DNA from: a virus
Taxonomy: Duplodnaviria; Heunggongvirae; Uroviricota; Caudoviricetes
Virus record (IMG/VR): IMGVR_UViG_2778261269_000003
Span: 1 to 32,904 of that record
Direction: 5' to 3' (one strand)
DNA: 32,904 bases
Of the stretch, positions 17,538 to 26,261 are shown piece by piece. Within the stretch, counting starts at the first letter, position 1. Each line of letters opens with the position of its first letter. Both the position numbers and the translations under genes were made by a program. The notes under the pieces are model-generated. The model was not told the origin of the DNA. It made no database searches and saw nothing but the letters and a program-made list of their open reading frames with translations.

Positions 17538-17917
17538 CACCCATGATGCACGAGCGGGTGCGCAACATGTTCGGCGACGCCGGGCTAACGACCGGTTTCA
17601 CGGTTCAACAGCTGATGTACGATGACCCGGGAAAGCTAACTGAAGCGGTGATGGTGTTCAGGCCAAACGGCGGGTCGAACATCCGTACTGACCTCGGTTC
17701 TGAGTATCACGTGCTGGTCGACGTCGTAGGCGCGAAAGACAAGCGCAAAGACGCGCTCAGCGCCGTGCAGCGCATCGTCGATTATGTCCAGGCTAACCCC
17801 ATGGCTGACGAGTGCGTCGGCTACATCCAGAACATGGGCGCAATTCCCGCGCCGGTGCTCACAGAAGAAGGGCGAATAGTCTTCCGACTCCAGTTCGCCT
17901 GCACTTACGGCGAATAG
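17534..17917 (+). CDS. Putative tail terminator protein
   Basis: 127 aa, ATGA-coupled to upstream gene, immediately before the major tail protein gene. Confidence 0.45.
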   Translation: MTPMMHERVRNMFGDAGLTTGFTVQQLMYDDPGKLTEAVMVFRPNGGSNIRTDLGSEYHVLVDVVGAKDKRKDALSAVQRIVDYVQANPMADECVGYIQNMGAIPAPVLTEEGRIVFRLQFACTYGE

Positions 17918-17932
17918 CCATCCCAACCAAAT

Positions 17933-17957
17933 AACCCGCTGAGGCGGGTTTTCTTTT
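17933..17957 (+). terminator. Rho-independent terminator / attenuator before major tail gene
   Basis: AACCCGC-TGAG-GCGGGTT followed by TTTTCTTTT. Confidence 0.6.
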
Positions 17958-17979
17958 ATACATCAAAGAGGAGTTTCAC

Positions 17980-18723
17980 ATGGCTAATTGCCAGAACTCG
18001 AACGAGCGCCTGTTCGGCGGTGCGGTCGTGCTGGAAGTCGCCGATGGCTGCCCGGACGTCAAACCACTCGAAGGTGAGTGGATGGCGCTGGCCGCTGGTA
18101 CGTCAAAGGGCTTCGACTTCAACCCGAACTCGGTTACCTCTGATGCGGATGACGGCGGCGGCTATGTCGAGACCATCATCACCAACAGTGATTTCACCCT
18201 GAGCTTTGAAGGTGAAGTGCGCAAGAAGGACAAGCTGGATCAGTACGGTGTCGGCAAATTCATCAAGTATTTCGCTGACGAGCTGAAGGCCAAACGTCAA
18301 CCCGGCATCTGGGTTCGCATGGATTACGGTCCGGTCGAATTCGTGGGCTACATGAACATCACGGCGCTGAGCTCTGACGGCGGTACCAACGACATCGTCA
18401 CATTCTCCACCGAGTTCAAAGTCGGCGATGCAACCACCATCGAAGTGAACGAGCTGACTGCTGTAGCGGTGACTGGCGTAACGGTAACTCCGGCTACCAG
18501 CACCGGCACGGCAGGCGGCACCAGCACCTTCACGGTGAACATCGCACCAACCGGCGCTACCAACAAAGATTTCACTGTGGCGACTACCGACGCGACCAAA
18601 GCAACTGCCACCGCCTCCGGCAACACCGTTACCGTGACGCGTGTTGCCACCGGCAGCGCGCAGATCATCATCAACACCGAAGACGGCAACTTTGTGGCCG
18701 TGCATACGGTTACCGTTACCTAA
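17980..18723 (+). CDS. Major tail protein with C-terminal Ig-like (Big_2-type) domain
   Basis: 247 aa; AGAGGAG RBS; C-terminal about 90 aa is Thr/Ala/Val-rich beta-type region (VTGVTVTPATSTGTAGGTSTFTV...). Confidence 0.75.
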   Translation: MANCQNSNERLFGGAVVLEVADGCPDVKPLEGEWMALAAGTSKGFDFNPNSVTSDADDGGGYVETIITNSDFTLSFEGEVRKKDKLDQYGVGKFIKYFADELKAKRQPGIWVRMDYGPVEFVGYMNITALSSDGGTNDIVTFSTEFKVGDATTIEVNELTAVAVTGVTVTPATSTGTAGGTSTFTVNIAPTGATNKDFTVATTDATKATATASGNTVTVTRVATGSAQIIINTEDGNFVAVHTVTVT

Positions 18724-18780
18724 CGGACATTCCAAAGGGCGGCGTGCTGCCCTTGATAATGACCGTTTACTGGAAGGCTT

Positions 18781-19452
18781 ATGACCGCTTTAACCGATAT
18801 TGGCGAACTATCTGTCAGTGACAGCCGCACCGGCGGGAAAGACTACCTTCTCCGGCCTTCATTTGAGGCTATGACCAGGATCGGCACTCCGGAAGAGATT
18901 GTGCAGACGTACGCCACCATCCACGGCAATGATGTTGCTCAGTTGATTGAGGTGTGTGCTGGCACGCTGGGGGGCTTTCCTGAATGGCTGTCTCCTTCTT
19001 TCAATCGCGCAGCTGAGAAGCTGTTATCGACGTGCATGCTGGTGCTGCAGGCATGCTGCGAGGAAGACCTGACGCCAATGATCGGCGAGTGGAAAGGGTG
19101 GCGGCATTGCGTTGTCTATCGCCCGGGCCAGATGCCGAAGAACGACATCATCGTACTGGCGCAGCACCTCATGCAGCACGGTGTCGTCGGAAAGGCAAAG
19201 GTACGCCAGTTGCAGCGCCACGAGACTGGCGAGCGCACAACAGAGTTTAAAGCATTCGACTACATCAGCGCGGCGCGTAGCCACTTCGGCATGAACCGTG
19301 TCGAAGCCTCACAGTTAACGATGACCGAATTTCAGATGCTGCTGGCGGCGAAATATCCCGATCAGAAAGGCTTCACACGCGATGAGTACGACAGCATCGC
19401 CGACGAATACCTGGCTAAACAGGCCGCACGCAGGGCAAAAGCAAAGCAATAA
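18781..19452 (+). CDS. Putative tail assembly chaperone
   Basis: 223 aa between major tail protein and tape measure; assignment by position. Confidence 0.4.
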   Translation: MTALTDIGELSVSDSRTGGKDYLLRPSFEAMTRIGTPEEIVQTYATIHGNDVAQLIEVCAGTLGGFPEWLSPSFNRAAEKLLSTCMLVLQACCEEDLTPMIGEWKGWRHCVVYRPGQMPKNDIIVLAQHLMQHGVVGKAKVRQLQRHETGERTTEFKAFDYISAARSHFGMNRVEASQLTMTEFQMLLAAKYPDQKGFTRDEYDSIADEYLAKQAARRAKAKQ

Positions 19453-19464
19453 CCGGAGAATGAC

Positions 19465-22395
19465 ATGGCAGGTGAGAAGAACGCCGGTAGCATCGTTTAC
19501 GAAATCAGCGCCGACGTTGAGCCGCTGTTGCAGGGCGGGAAACAGGCCATTGATGCTCTGGATAAACTGGATGCTGCAGCTCAGCAGTCCGGTAAGGGAA
19601 TGGATAACCTCGATCAGAGCACGTCCCAAACCGGATCCGCGTTTACTGAGCTGGCTGGCTATGCCAACTCTATGGATAACCAACTGCGTAAGCTGAACAC
19701 CAACGTGAGCGGGATCGCCCGAGCCATGGAAGAGGCTCGCAGCGGTACCGGTGGCGCTAACAATGAGTTTAATCGCGCAGAATCAATTATCGAGGCCTTA
19801 GGTAACCAACTCGCCGTGTTGGATGAGGCGCAAGAGAATGGCGCACGCAGTGCCGCGGTGCTGGCTGCTCAACTCCGTGCCGGTTCGAAGGCGACCGATG
19901 AAGAAAAGCAGAAGATTGGCGAGCTGACTGGTCGACTTTATGACATGAAAACTGGCGCCGAAGGTGGAGCGAAAGGTACTGGAAGCTGGAAATCCAGCAT
20001 GCAGCAGGCTGGTTATCAGGTTCAGGACTTCATAGTCCAGGTGCAGGGAGGGCAGTCTGCGCTGGTGGCTTTTGCTCAACAGGGCTCGCAGCTCGCAGGC
20101 GCGTTCGGTCCGGGCGGCGCAGTGGTTGGAGCATTCATTGCGCTCAGTTCAGTAATCGCTGGTGTGCTGATAACTTCGCTGAATGGTGGCAAGACAGCCA
20201 TGGACGCGCTCAAAGACGCAGCCGAAGCGATGGACAAGGTCATCAACGTCTCAATTAATGGCGTGGCTGCGCTGTCAGACAAATATGCGTACCTGGCGAA
20301 GACTAATGCTGAAGTAGCCACGCTGATGCGTAATCAGGCGCTTCTGGAGTACAACGAGGCGATCAACAAAATACCGAAAGCTATCAGTGATGCTTCAAGC
20401 TCACTGTTGTCTTTCGGTGATAAAGCATTGTCGGCCTTTTCCGGCGGCTATGCTTCGGTAGAAGGTTTTAACGATCGCCTGGCTACTCTGGAAATAACCA
20501 CCGATAACTATGCTGAGGCGGTCAAGCAGGCATACGGCGCCGGTCAGGCGTTCCAGGCGACAGCAAACAGTATCGGGAATACTGTTGGTGCTGTAGCGGA
20601 TAAGTTCGGCATCACCGAGCAGAAAGCCTTCGAGCTTAGCAAGCAGCTTTCAGATATTGCCAAAAACCCATCTCCTGAGGCATTGCAGCGCCTGGCTACA
20701 GAACTGCAGAACACGCAGAGCTCCACTGAAAAGGGACAAACTGCGCTCACAGCGTTCGTTGGTAAGTTGGTAGAACTGTCCCGTGAGGCGGTAATTGCCA
20801 AAGGCAACGTGGCAGCCCTCAAGCAGGAGACCGACAACCTGACGAGCGGTCAGAAGAACCTGATCAAGCAGTCAGAGCGAAACCTGGCCTTGTCGAAGCT
20901 GCAGGGTGAGGCTCGCGCCAGGCTGCAGGCTCAATATGCTGCCGAAGATGCTGGTTTTGCGAAGGATGATCCACACGCGAGGCAGATGGAAGATGACGCT
21001 GCCGCTACGTATAAAAATACGCAGGCGCAGAAGACACTTCAGTCCGAGCAGAAAAAAGGCGCTTCCCAGGCGGATTCCATTGCGCAGAAACTGGCGAATC
21101 TGAAACAGCAGTCAGAACTTGCCGCCGACTCAACCAATAAGCTGAGTCGCGAACAGTCGATGCTCAATGCAGAGCAGTCTCTTGGGAAGGGGGCTACTCA
21201 AGCGCAGATCGCAGAGGCTCGCCAGTATGCTGCTGCAAAATGGGACACTGCCAACGCCATAAAGGCGCAGGCGGCAGCGGAAAAACTTCTTCCTGAGGCA
21301 CGCGAGAACGCCAGTTACAGGCAGGATGTAGAGGATTTAAATACCGCTCTGGCTGCGAAAAAAATCAGTCAGGAGCAGTTCAATCAGACATCCGAGCGAC
21401 TGGAGGCGACTCACCAGGCGAACCTGGCAAAAATCCGCGCCCAGCAGGCGGTAACTCCACAGCAGGATGCGGTCGGTGGTGTTGACCCTGTTCAGCAACT
21501 GGCGAACGAGAATGCCAGAAAACTCGCGCTTATTCAGGCATTCGAGCAGCAAGGGCTTATCACTCATCAGAACGCACTTATGTTGCGCGCTACTGCTGAC
21601 AGGGAGTACGAACAGGCACGTATAGCAGCGCAATGGGAGATTTTCCGTAACCAGAGCGCAGGCAATGAAGCGCTGGCGGCGTCATTTGATGCACTGGCTG
21701 GTAATGCGTCCAATGCCTTAACCGGCATCATCACCGGGAGCATGTCAGCATCTGACGCTTTGCGATCGATCGGCAATACCGTCCTGAACAGCCTCATCAA
21801 TACTTTCGTCCAGATGGGCGTTGAGTGGGTGAAGTCGGCAATCATGGGACAGACAGCCACCACTGCAGCAGTTGCAGCATCAACTACGGCGCAGGCGGCT
21901 GGCATTGCCACCACGACGGCAACGTCTACGGCAGCGGCGGCAGCTACCACGGCGGCATGGACTCCTGCGGCCATCATGTCCTCCATTGCCTCGTTCGGTG
22001 GTGCGGTGGCGATCGGTATCGGCGCTATGGCTGGCATTTTGGCTCTGTCAGGTAAGCGCAAGAACGGCGGTCCAGTATCGGCTGGCGGGATGTATCAGGT
22101 AGGCGAAGGCGGCATGCCGGAGATTTACCAGGCCAGTACCGGTAAGCAGTACATGATACCGGGCGATAACGGCAAGGTGATCAGCAACAAGGATATGACC
22201 GCAGGGGGCGGTGGCGGGGTGGTAATCAACATACAGAACTACACGTCATCATCGGTCGATGCGCAGGCCGGAACGGATGCTAATGGTGGAGTGACTGTGG
22301 ATGTAATTGTCGCTGACCTGAACAACGGCGGCCCAATCAGCAACGCCATAACCAGCAATATGAACGTTAAACGCACGCCAAGGGGGCAGGGCTGA
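19465..22395 (+). CDS. Tail tape measure protein
   Basis: 976 aa, Ala/Gln-rich coiled-coil composition, hydrophobic Gly/Ala-rich segment near C-terminus; GGAGAA RBS. Confidence 0.9.
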   Translation: MAGEKNAGSIVYEISADVEPLLQGGKQAIDALDKLDAAAQQSGKGMDNLDQSTSQTGSAFTELAGYANSMDNQLRKLNTNVSGIARAMEEARSGTGGANNEFNRAESIIEALGNQLAVLDEAQENGARSAAVLAAQLRAGSKATDEEKQKIGELTGRLYDMKTGAEGGAKGTGSWKSSMQQAGYQVQDFIVQVQGGQSALVAFAQQGSQLAGAFGPGGAVVGAFIALSSVIAGVLITSLNGGKTAMDALKDAAEAMDKVINVSINGVAALSDKYAYLAKTNAEVATLMRNQALLEYNEAINKIPKAISDASSSLLSFGDKALSAFSGGYASVEGFNDRLATLEITTDNYAEAVKQAYGAGQAFQATANSIGNTVGAVADKFGITEQKAFELSKQLSDIAKNPSPEALQRLATELQNTQSSTEKGQTALTAFVGKLVELSREAVIAKGNVAALKQETDNLTSGQKNLIKQSERNLALSKLQGEARARLQAQYAAEDAGFAKDDPHARQMEDDAAATYKNTQAQKTLQSEQKKGASQADSIAQKLANLKQQSELAADSTNKLSREQSMLNAEQSLGKGATQAQIAEARQYAAAKWDTANAIKAQAAAEKLLPEARENASYRQDVEDLNTALAAKKISQEQFNQTSERLEATHQANLAKIRAQQAVTPQQDAVGGVDPVQQLANENARKLALIQAFEQQGLITHQNALMLRATADREYEQARIAAQWEIFRNQSAGNEALAASFDALAGNASNALTGIITGSMSASDALRSIGNTVLNSLINTFVQMGVEWVKSAIMGQTATTAAVAASTTAQAAGIATTTATSTAAAAATTAAWTPAAIMSSIASFGGAVAIGIGAMAGILALSGKRKNGGPVSAGGMYQVGEGGMPEIYQASTGKQYMIPGDNGKVISNKDMTAGGGGGVVINIQNYTSSSVDAQAGTDANGGVTVDVIVADLNNGGPISNAITSNMNVKRTPRGQG

Positions 22396-22892
22396 TGCCA
22401 ATTATCGACTATCCCGACTGGCTGCCGCTGGCGCAGAAGGCCAGCAAAAACATGACGCTTGATACAGGGTTCCAAACCGATCAGCCAGCGGTAGGCCCGG
22501 CTATCTTCGAGAATCAGACTGATGACCTAAAAGTGACATGGTCGGTAACGTGGATCTTCACGCTGGCTGAAGAACGAGCTTTCCAGCAGTGGCTACAAAG
22601 CCCGAATTATCTCAATCGTGGACTGAACTGGTTCCGGATGAATATCAATCTGGGCGGCAGTGGACTCCAGTTGCAGGAGCTTCACTTCACGCAGATGCCG
22701 GTGCAAACCAGTATCGACGGCGGGGTGGTGACCTGGGCGGGGACGGTTATTGCGAACCATCTCTACAACGCCGACGACGAATTTGACGACATCATTGTTG
22801 AGCTGCCACCGCCGTGGGATTCGTGGCTGGATATCGTAGTTACTGGTTATCCGGACGGCCGCGATCCGGAATCACTACCGAGGGTGCCGTAA
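22395..22892 (+). CDS. Minor tail protein (distal tail component)
   Basis: 165 aa, start overlaps tape-measure stop (TGATG). Confidence 0.5.
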   Translation: MPIIDYPDWLPLAQKASKNMTLDTGFQTDQPAVGPAIFENQTDDLKVTWSVTWIFTLAEERAFQQWLQSPNYLNRGLNWFRMNINLGGSGLQLQELHFTQMPVQTSIDGGVVTWAGTVIANHLYNADDEFDDIIVELPPPWDSWLDIVVTGYPDGRDPESLPRVP

Positions 22893-23362
22893 TGCCGAGC
22901 TTCAGAGAGTACAAGCAGCAGCGGCCGACGCGCGGGCTGTACGACACCATCACGTTCTACCATCCATCCTTTGGCTATATCCGCTTGGTCGACAAGCAGT
23001 TCTTTCCGAAGGTACTAGGAGGCCAGACGTACACGCCAGCGCGCTTTGAAATTGAAGAGAGCCAGCAGAGTGGCACGCCGGTGATAGACGCGACTGTGAA
23101 GTTAGGGCGGCTGTCGTCGGATATCAAAACGCTGATGAAGCAGTGGAAAGGTGCGGCGCGGCTGACGGCCATCACGGCCACCCGGAAAATCTTCGACAGT
23201 GGAGACGTGTCAGTGCCGATTAAGTCGTGGGAGTTGTACGTCAAGACGGTCGATATTGACGCCGATGCCGCTTCAGTGACGCTTTCTGTCACTAACCCGC
23301 TGAACAACAACATAGGCCGACTTTATGACCCTCAGGAATACACCGGGCTACAGTACCTCTGA
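22892..23362 (+). CDS. Minor tail protein
   Basis: 156 aa from ATG 22892 (TAATG coupling); the ORF-track start at 22814 is an upstream alternative. Confidence 0.5.
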   Translation: MPSFREYKQQRPTRGLYDTITFYHPSFGYIRLVDKQFFPKVLGGQTYTPARFEIEESQQSGTPVIDATVKLGRLSSDIKTLMKQWKGAARLTAITATRKIFDSGDVSVPIKSWELYVKTVDIDADAASVTLSVTNPLNNNIGRLYDPQEYTGLQYL

Positions 23363-23741
23363 TTTCATCAGCAAGGTGATCGGCGTGCCTTGGGCTAACC
23401 GGGCCTGCTCGTTCGAGAAAGTCGACTGCTGGGGATTGTGCGTGCTGTATTACCGGCATGTTCTCGGCATTGAGTTGCATCAGACGCCGGATTACGAAGC
23501 CGGCGAGGACTTCTTCACCTGCTATCAGGGTGACGTCGTTTTCTGGCGCCAGGTCGATAAACCAGTTGAAGGTGGGATATTCGTCGGGTACTGCGGCTCG
23601 CAACCGGCACACGTTGGCCTGGTGCTTAACCGGCAGGCGCTGCACTCGCGGGGCGAGAACGGCAGTGTGCGCATGGACTCGTTACTGGTTATTCAGAGGG
23701 CTTTCACTAAAGTGGAGTATTTTTCTTATGGCGCTGGTTGA
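23325..23741 (+). CDS. Tail-associated NlpC/P60-family cysteine peptidase
   Basis: 138 aa with candidate catalytic Cys in VDCWGLCVLYY and downstream His in PAHVGLVL. Confidence 0.62.
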   Translation: MTLRNTPGYSTSDFISKVIGVPWANRACSFEKVDCWGLCVLYYRHVLGIELHQTPDYEAGEDFFTCYQGDVVFWRQVDKPVEGGIFVGYCGSQPAHVGLVLNRQALHSRGENGSVRMDSLLVIQRAFTKVEYFSYGAG

Positions 23742-26205
23742 GATATCGAATTTTCCAGGAACGCCTAAGCTGCGTTGCAGGGTGCCAAACGGTACCCTTT
23801 TTTATGACTGGCTGGCGGCCAATGATGCCACCTTTCACAGTGATCTGCTAATCGTCCGCAACGGCGTGAGGTTAAGTGATGATGATGAGCTGGCGTTTGA
23901 ACTGAGCGAACTGGACAACATCCAGATATTCGACCAGCCAAAAGGTATCGTCAGCGATATCCTGAGCCCGATCTTCAAAGTTGTAGGCGCTGTGTTTTCC
24001 TTCCTGGCTCCTAAGCCTGCAATTGCTAACAACGGTGGCAACACCGTCGACTCACCGAATAATAGCCTGACTGGGCAGACAAATACCGCCAGAGTATACA
24101 AAGCGAAGCCTGACATTTATGGTCAGGTCAGATCGTTTCCCGACTTGATTCAGGAATCGATGTTTGAATATGTGCGCCAGAGCGAGAACGATGGTGGCCT
24201 GAAATATGTCACTGAGTGGATGTGTATTGGTATAGGTAAGTATGACTATGAGTCTGTTCGTTACTCAGAGTCGAGTCTTGGATCGATGGCCGGTGCTGAA
24301 TACCAGTTTTATCAGCCTGGTGAAGTGATACCGACTATTAACGAGGGGTATTCGTTCGACGATGTTGACGGGCAGGAGATGCCAGGGCCCAACGAAAGCG
24401 ACAATTTCCCAGTAGAATCTGCGACGGCAAATACCGTAGTAAGTGGTGATTATGCTGGAGGCCAGATAGCGATGAAAATCGTCAAGCAGGCTGAGTTCGA
24501 CTACTTCATGGGGCTCGTGCTACCGCATTCTGTCACCTTTACAATTAATGTCACCTACAACACTACATCGGGCAGCGTTACAGAAGATGTGCTTTTCTCA
24601 GGTACGCTGATTTCTGCTGTAGAGAGTGATGATGGTTCCTTGATAGACCATGTTCAGTGGTACACGTTCACCATGACAGATTTGCAGGGACCGCCAACAG
24701 TTCCATCTACTGCCACCATTAACACGACAAAATTCATTCTCAATGATAACGAGGCGCTTGTTGTGGGGCCTTTCTTCTCGCCTGTTGAGTCAACTGAGCT
24801 GTGGCTGCATACACAGTCATCACTTGGTGGCGGTAACTGGACGGACTGGACGGTAACAATCTGGAAAATTGACGACGATTACAATCAGATCCCCGGAACT
24901 CAGCAGGCCTTCACCTATCATCAGGGAACGCCGCATAAGTCGACCAGCGAAGTGTTTTATCGCACCGATAAAATAATTCCAGCAGGAGGGTTTGGTAAAT
25001 ACGCCATCAACTTCCAGCGTACAAACAACTCCAATGATGCCTCTATCCTGAAGGTCGAAGAGATTCACGCCGTTAATATTCGCAGCAATGTGGTTCACCC
25101 GACTGATACGCTTGTTCGTGTGAAGGTCAGGGCGACAGAGAATGCACTGGGTAGCCGTGACCGCAAATACAACGCCATGGTGACTCGCCATACCATCAGT
25201 TACAACCTGACGACACAGTCCGTGGATTACACATTACGGCCGTCTCGGTCGTTTGCTGACGCGGTGGCGCATACCTGGCTTGTAATGGGAGGCCAACCAG
25301 AAAACAGTATTGATCTGTACGGCCTGTACTCTATCGTGGAAAGCCTGCCTGATGAGCGGCTGGGCTACTTCGACTACACGTTTGACGATGAGAACGACTC
25401 ACTTGGTGACAGGGTGCAGGCGATCTGCAATGCAGCATCCGTCATGGCGTACTGGGATGACGGTGTGCTGACATTCACCCGCGACCAGAAGGTTGATTAT
25501 CCTGCTGCTGTATTCAACCGGGCCAACATGAAGACAGACGAGTACAAAATTACGTACGAAGCCACTCTTCCCGGAGGTTACGACGGCGTTCAGGTCTCCT
25601 ACGTTCATCCGACTACGAATAACAAGACGTACATCAACTACCGCGTTCTGAACGGCGTTATCGTCGAGCAGGAAGCTGAGAACCCAAACAAGCTTGAGAT
25701 AGTAGGATTCCGTAACGAGTACCAGGCTCGTGAGCGAGCGTTACGCGAAACAAAGCGGCTTATCTACTCCCGGGTGAAGATGAATGCCAAGGTATTTGAG
25801 GACGGGATTATCCAGGTGGGCAGCGTTATCCAGATGCCGGATATCTACGACAGCAACCAGCAGCAGGGTTACATCACCGGCCGCACTGGGAATAACTTCG
25901 ATACGAGCGAACCAATCAAGTTTACCGGAACGATGTATGTTCTGGTTACTGACAGCTTGGGCAATCCAACACTGCGTTATCCGGCAACGGCCCGCAGCGA
26001 CACGAAATATGGATTTACTGCAGCAATACCCACCATTCAGCTCAACATATGGAACGGAGACACTGTGCAGCTCCCGTCGCGCTATCTCATAGCGACCGTA
26101 GAAGAGTTAGATAGTCAATTATGGACAGTCAACAGCATCAAACCGAACACTGACAATACGGTATCCCTGATCGTCGCAGAGTACAGCGACTCAGTCTACG
26201 GATAG
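23728..26205 (+). CDS. Large tail tip / host specificity protein
   Basis: 825 aa from ATG 23728 (GGAG upstream); follows NlpC/P60 gene as in lambda-J-type and GTA-type tail tip modules. Confidence 0.65.
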   Translation: MALVEISNFPGTPKLRCRVPNGTLFYDWLAANDATFHSDLLIVRNGVRLSDDDELAFELSELDNIQIFDQPKGIVSDILSPIFKVVGAVFSFLAPKPAIANNGGNTVDSPNNSLTGQTNTARVYKAKPDIYGQVRSFPDLIQESMFEYVRQSENDGGLKYVTEWMCIGIGKYDYESVRYSESSLGSMAGAEYQFYQPGEVIPTINEGYSFDDVDGQEMPGPNESDNFPVESATANTVVSGDYAGGQIAMKIVKQAEFDYFMGLVLPHSVTFTINVTYNTTSGSVTEDVLFSGTLISAVESDDGSLIDHVQWYTFTMTDLQGPPTVPSTATINTTKFILNDNEALVVGPFFSPVESTELWLHTQSSLGGGNWTDWTVTIWKIDDDYNQIPGTQQAFTYHQGTPHKSTSEVFYRTDKIIPAGGFGKYAINFQRTNNSNDASILKVEEIHAVNIRSNVVHPTDTLVRVKVRATENALGSRDRKYNAMVTRHTISYNLTTQSVDYTLRPSRSFADAVAHTWLVMGGQPENSIDLYGLYSIVESLPDERLGYFDYTFDDENDSLGDRVQAICNAASVMAYWDDGVLTFTRDQKVDYPAAVFNRANMKTDEYKITYEATLPGGYDGVQVSYVHPTTNNKTYINYRVLNGVIVEQEAENPNKLEIVGFRNEYQARERALRETKRLIYSRVKMNAKVFEDGIIQVGSVIQMPDIYDSNQQQGYITGRTGNNFDTSEPIKFTGTMYVLVTDSLGNPTLRYPATARSDTKYGFTAAIPTIQLNIWNGDTVQLPSRYLIATVEELDSQLWTVNSIKPNTDNTVSLIVAEYSDSVYG

Positions 26206-26226
26206 AACCTAATCCGAATATCACAA

Positions 26227-26251
26227 CCCGGCCACTGAGCCGGTTTTTTTA
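26227..26251 (+). terminator. Rho-independent terminator between tail tip and fibre genes
   Basis: CCGGC-CACTGA-GCCGG followed by seven T. Confidence 0.55.
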
Positions 26252-26261
26252 TGGAAAAATT

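Noticed and set aside
19382-19696. 104-aa +1 frame ORF overlapping the chaperone 3' end and tape measure 5' end as a possible frameshift product
   Set aside because: Translation is Arg/Trp/Ser/Pro-rich and lacks protein-like character; looks like an out-of-frame reading of the tape measure gene.
21567-22102. Several overlapping ORFs on both strands within the tape measure gene
   Set aside because: Low-complexity Ala/Thr-rich DNA (GCn codon repeats) produces open frames on all strands; the tape measure frame is the coherent one.
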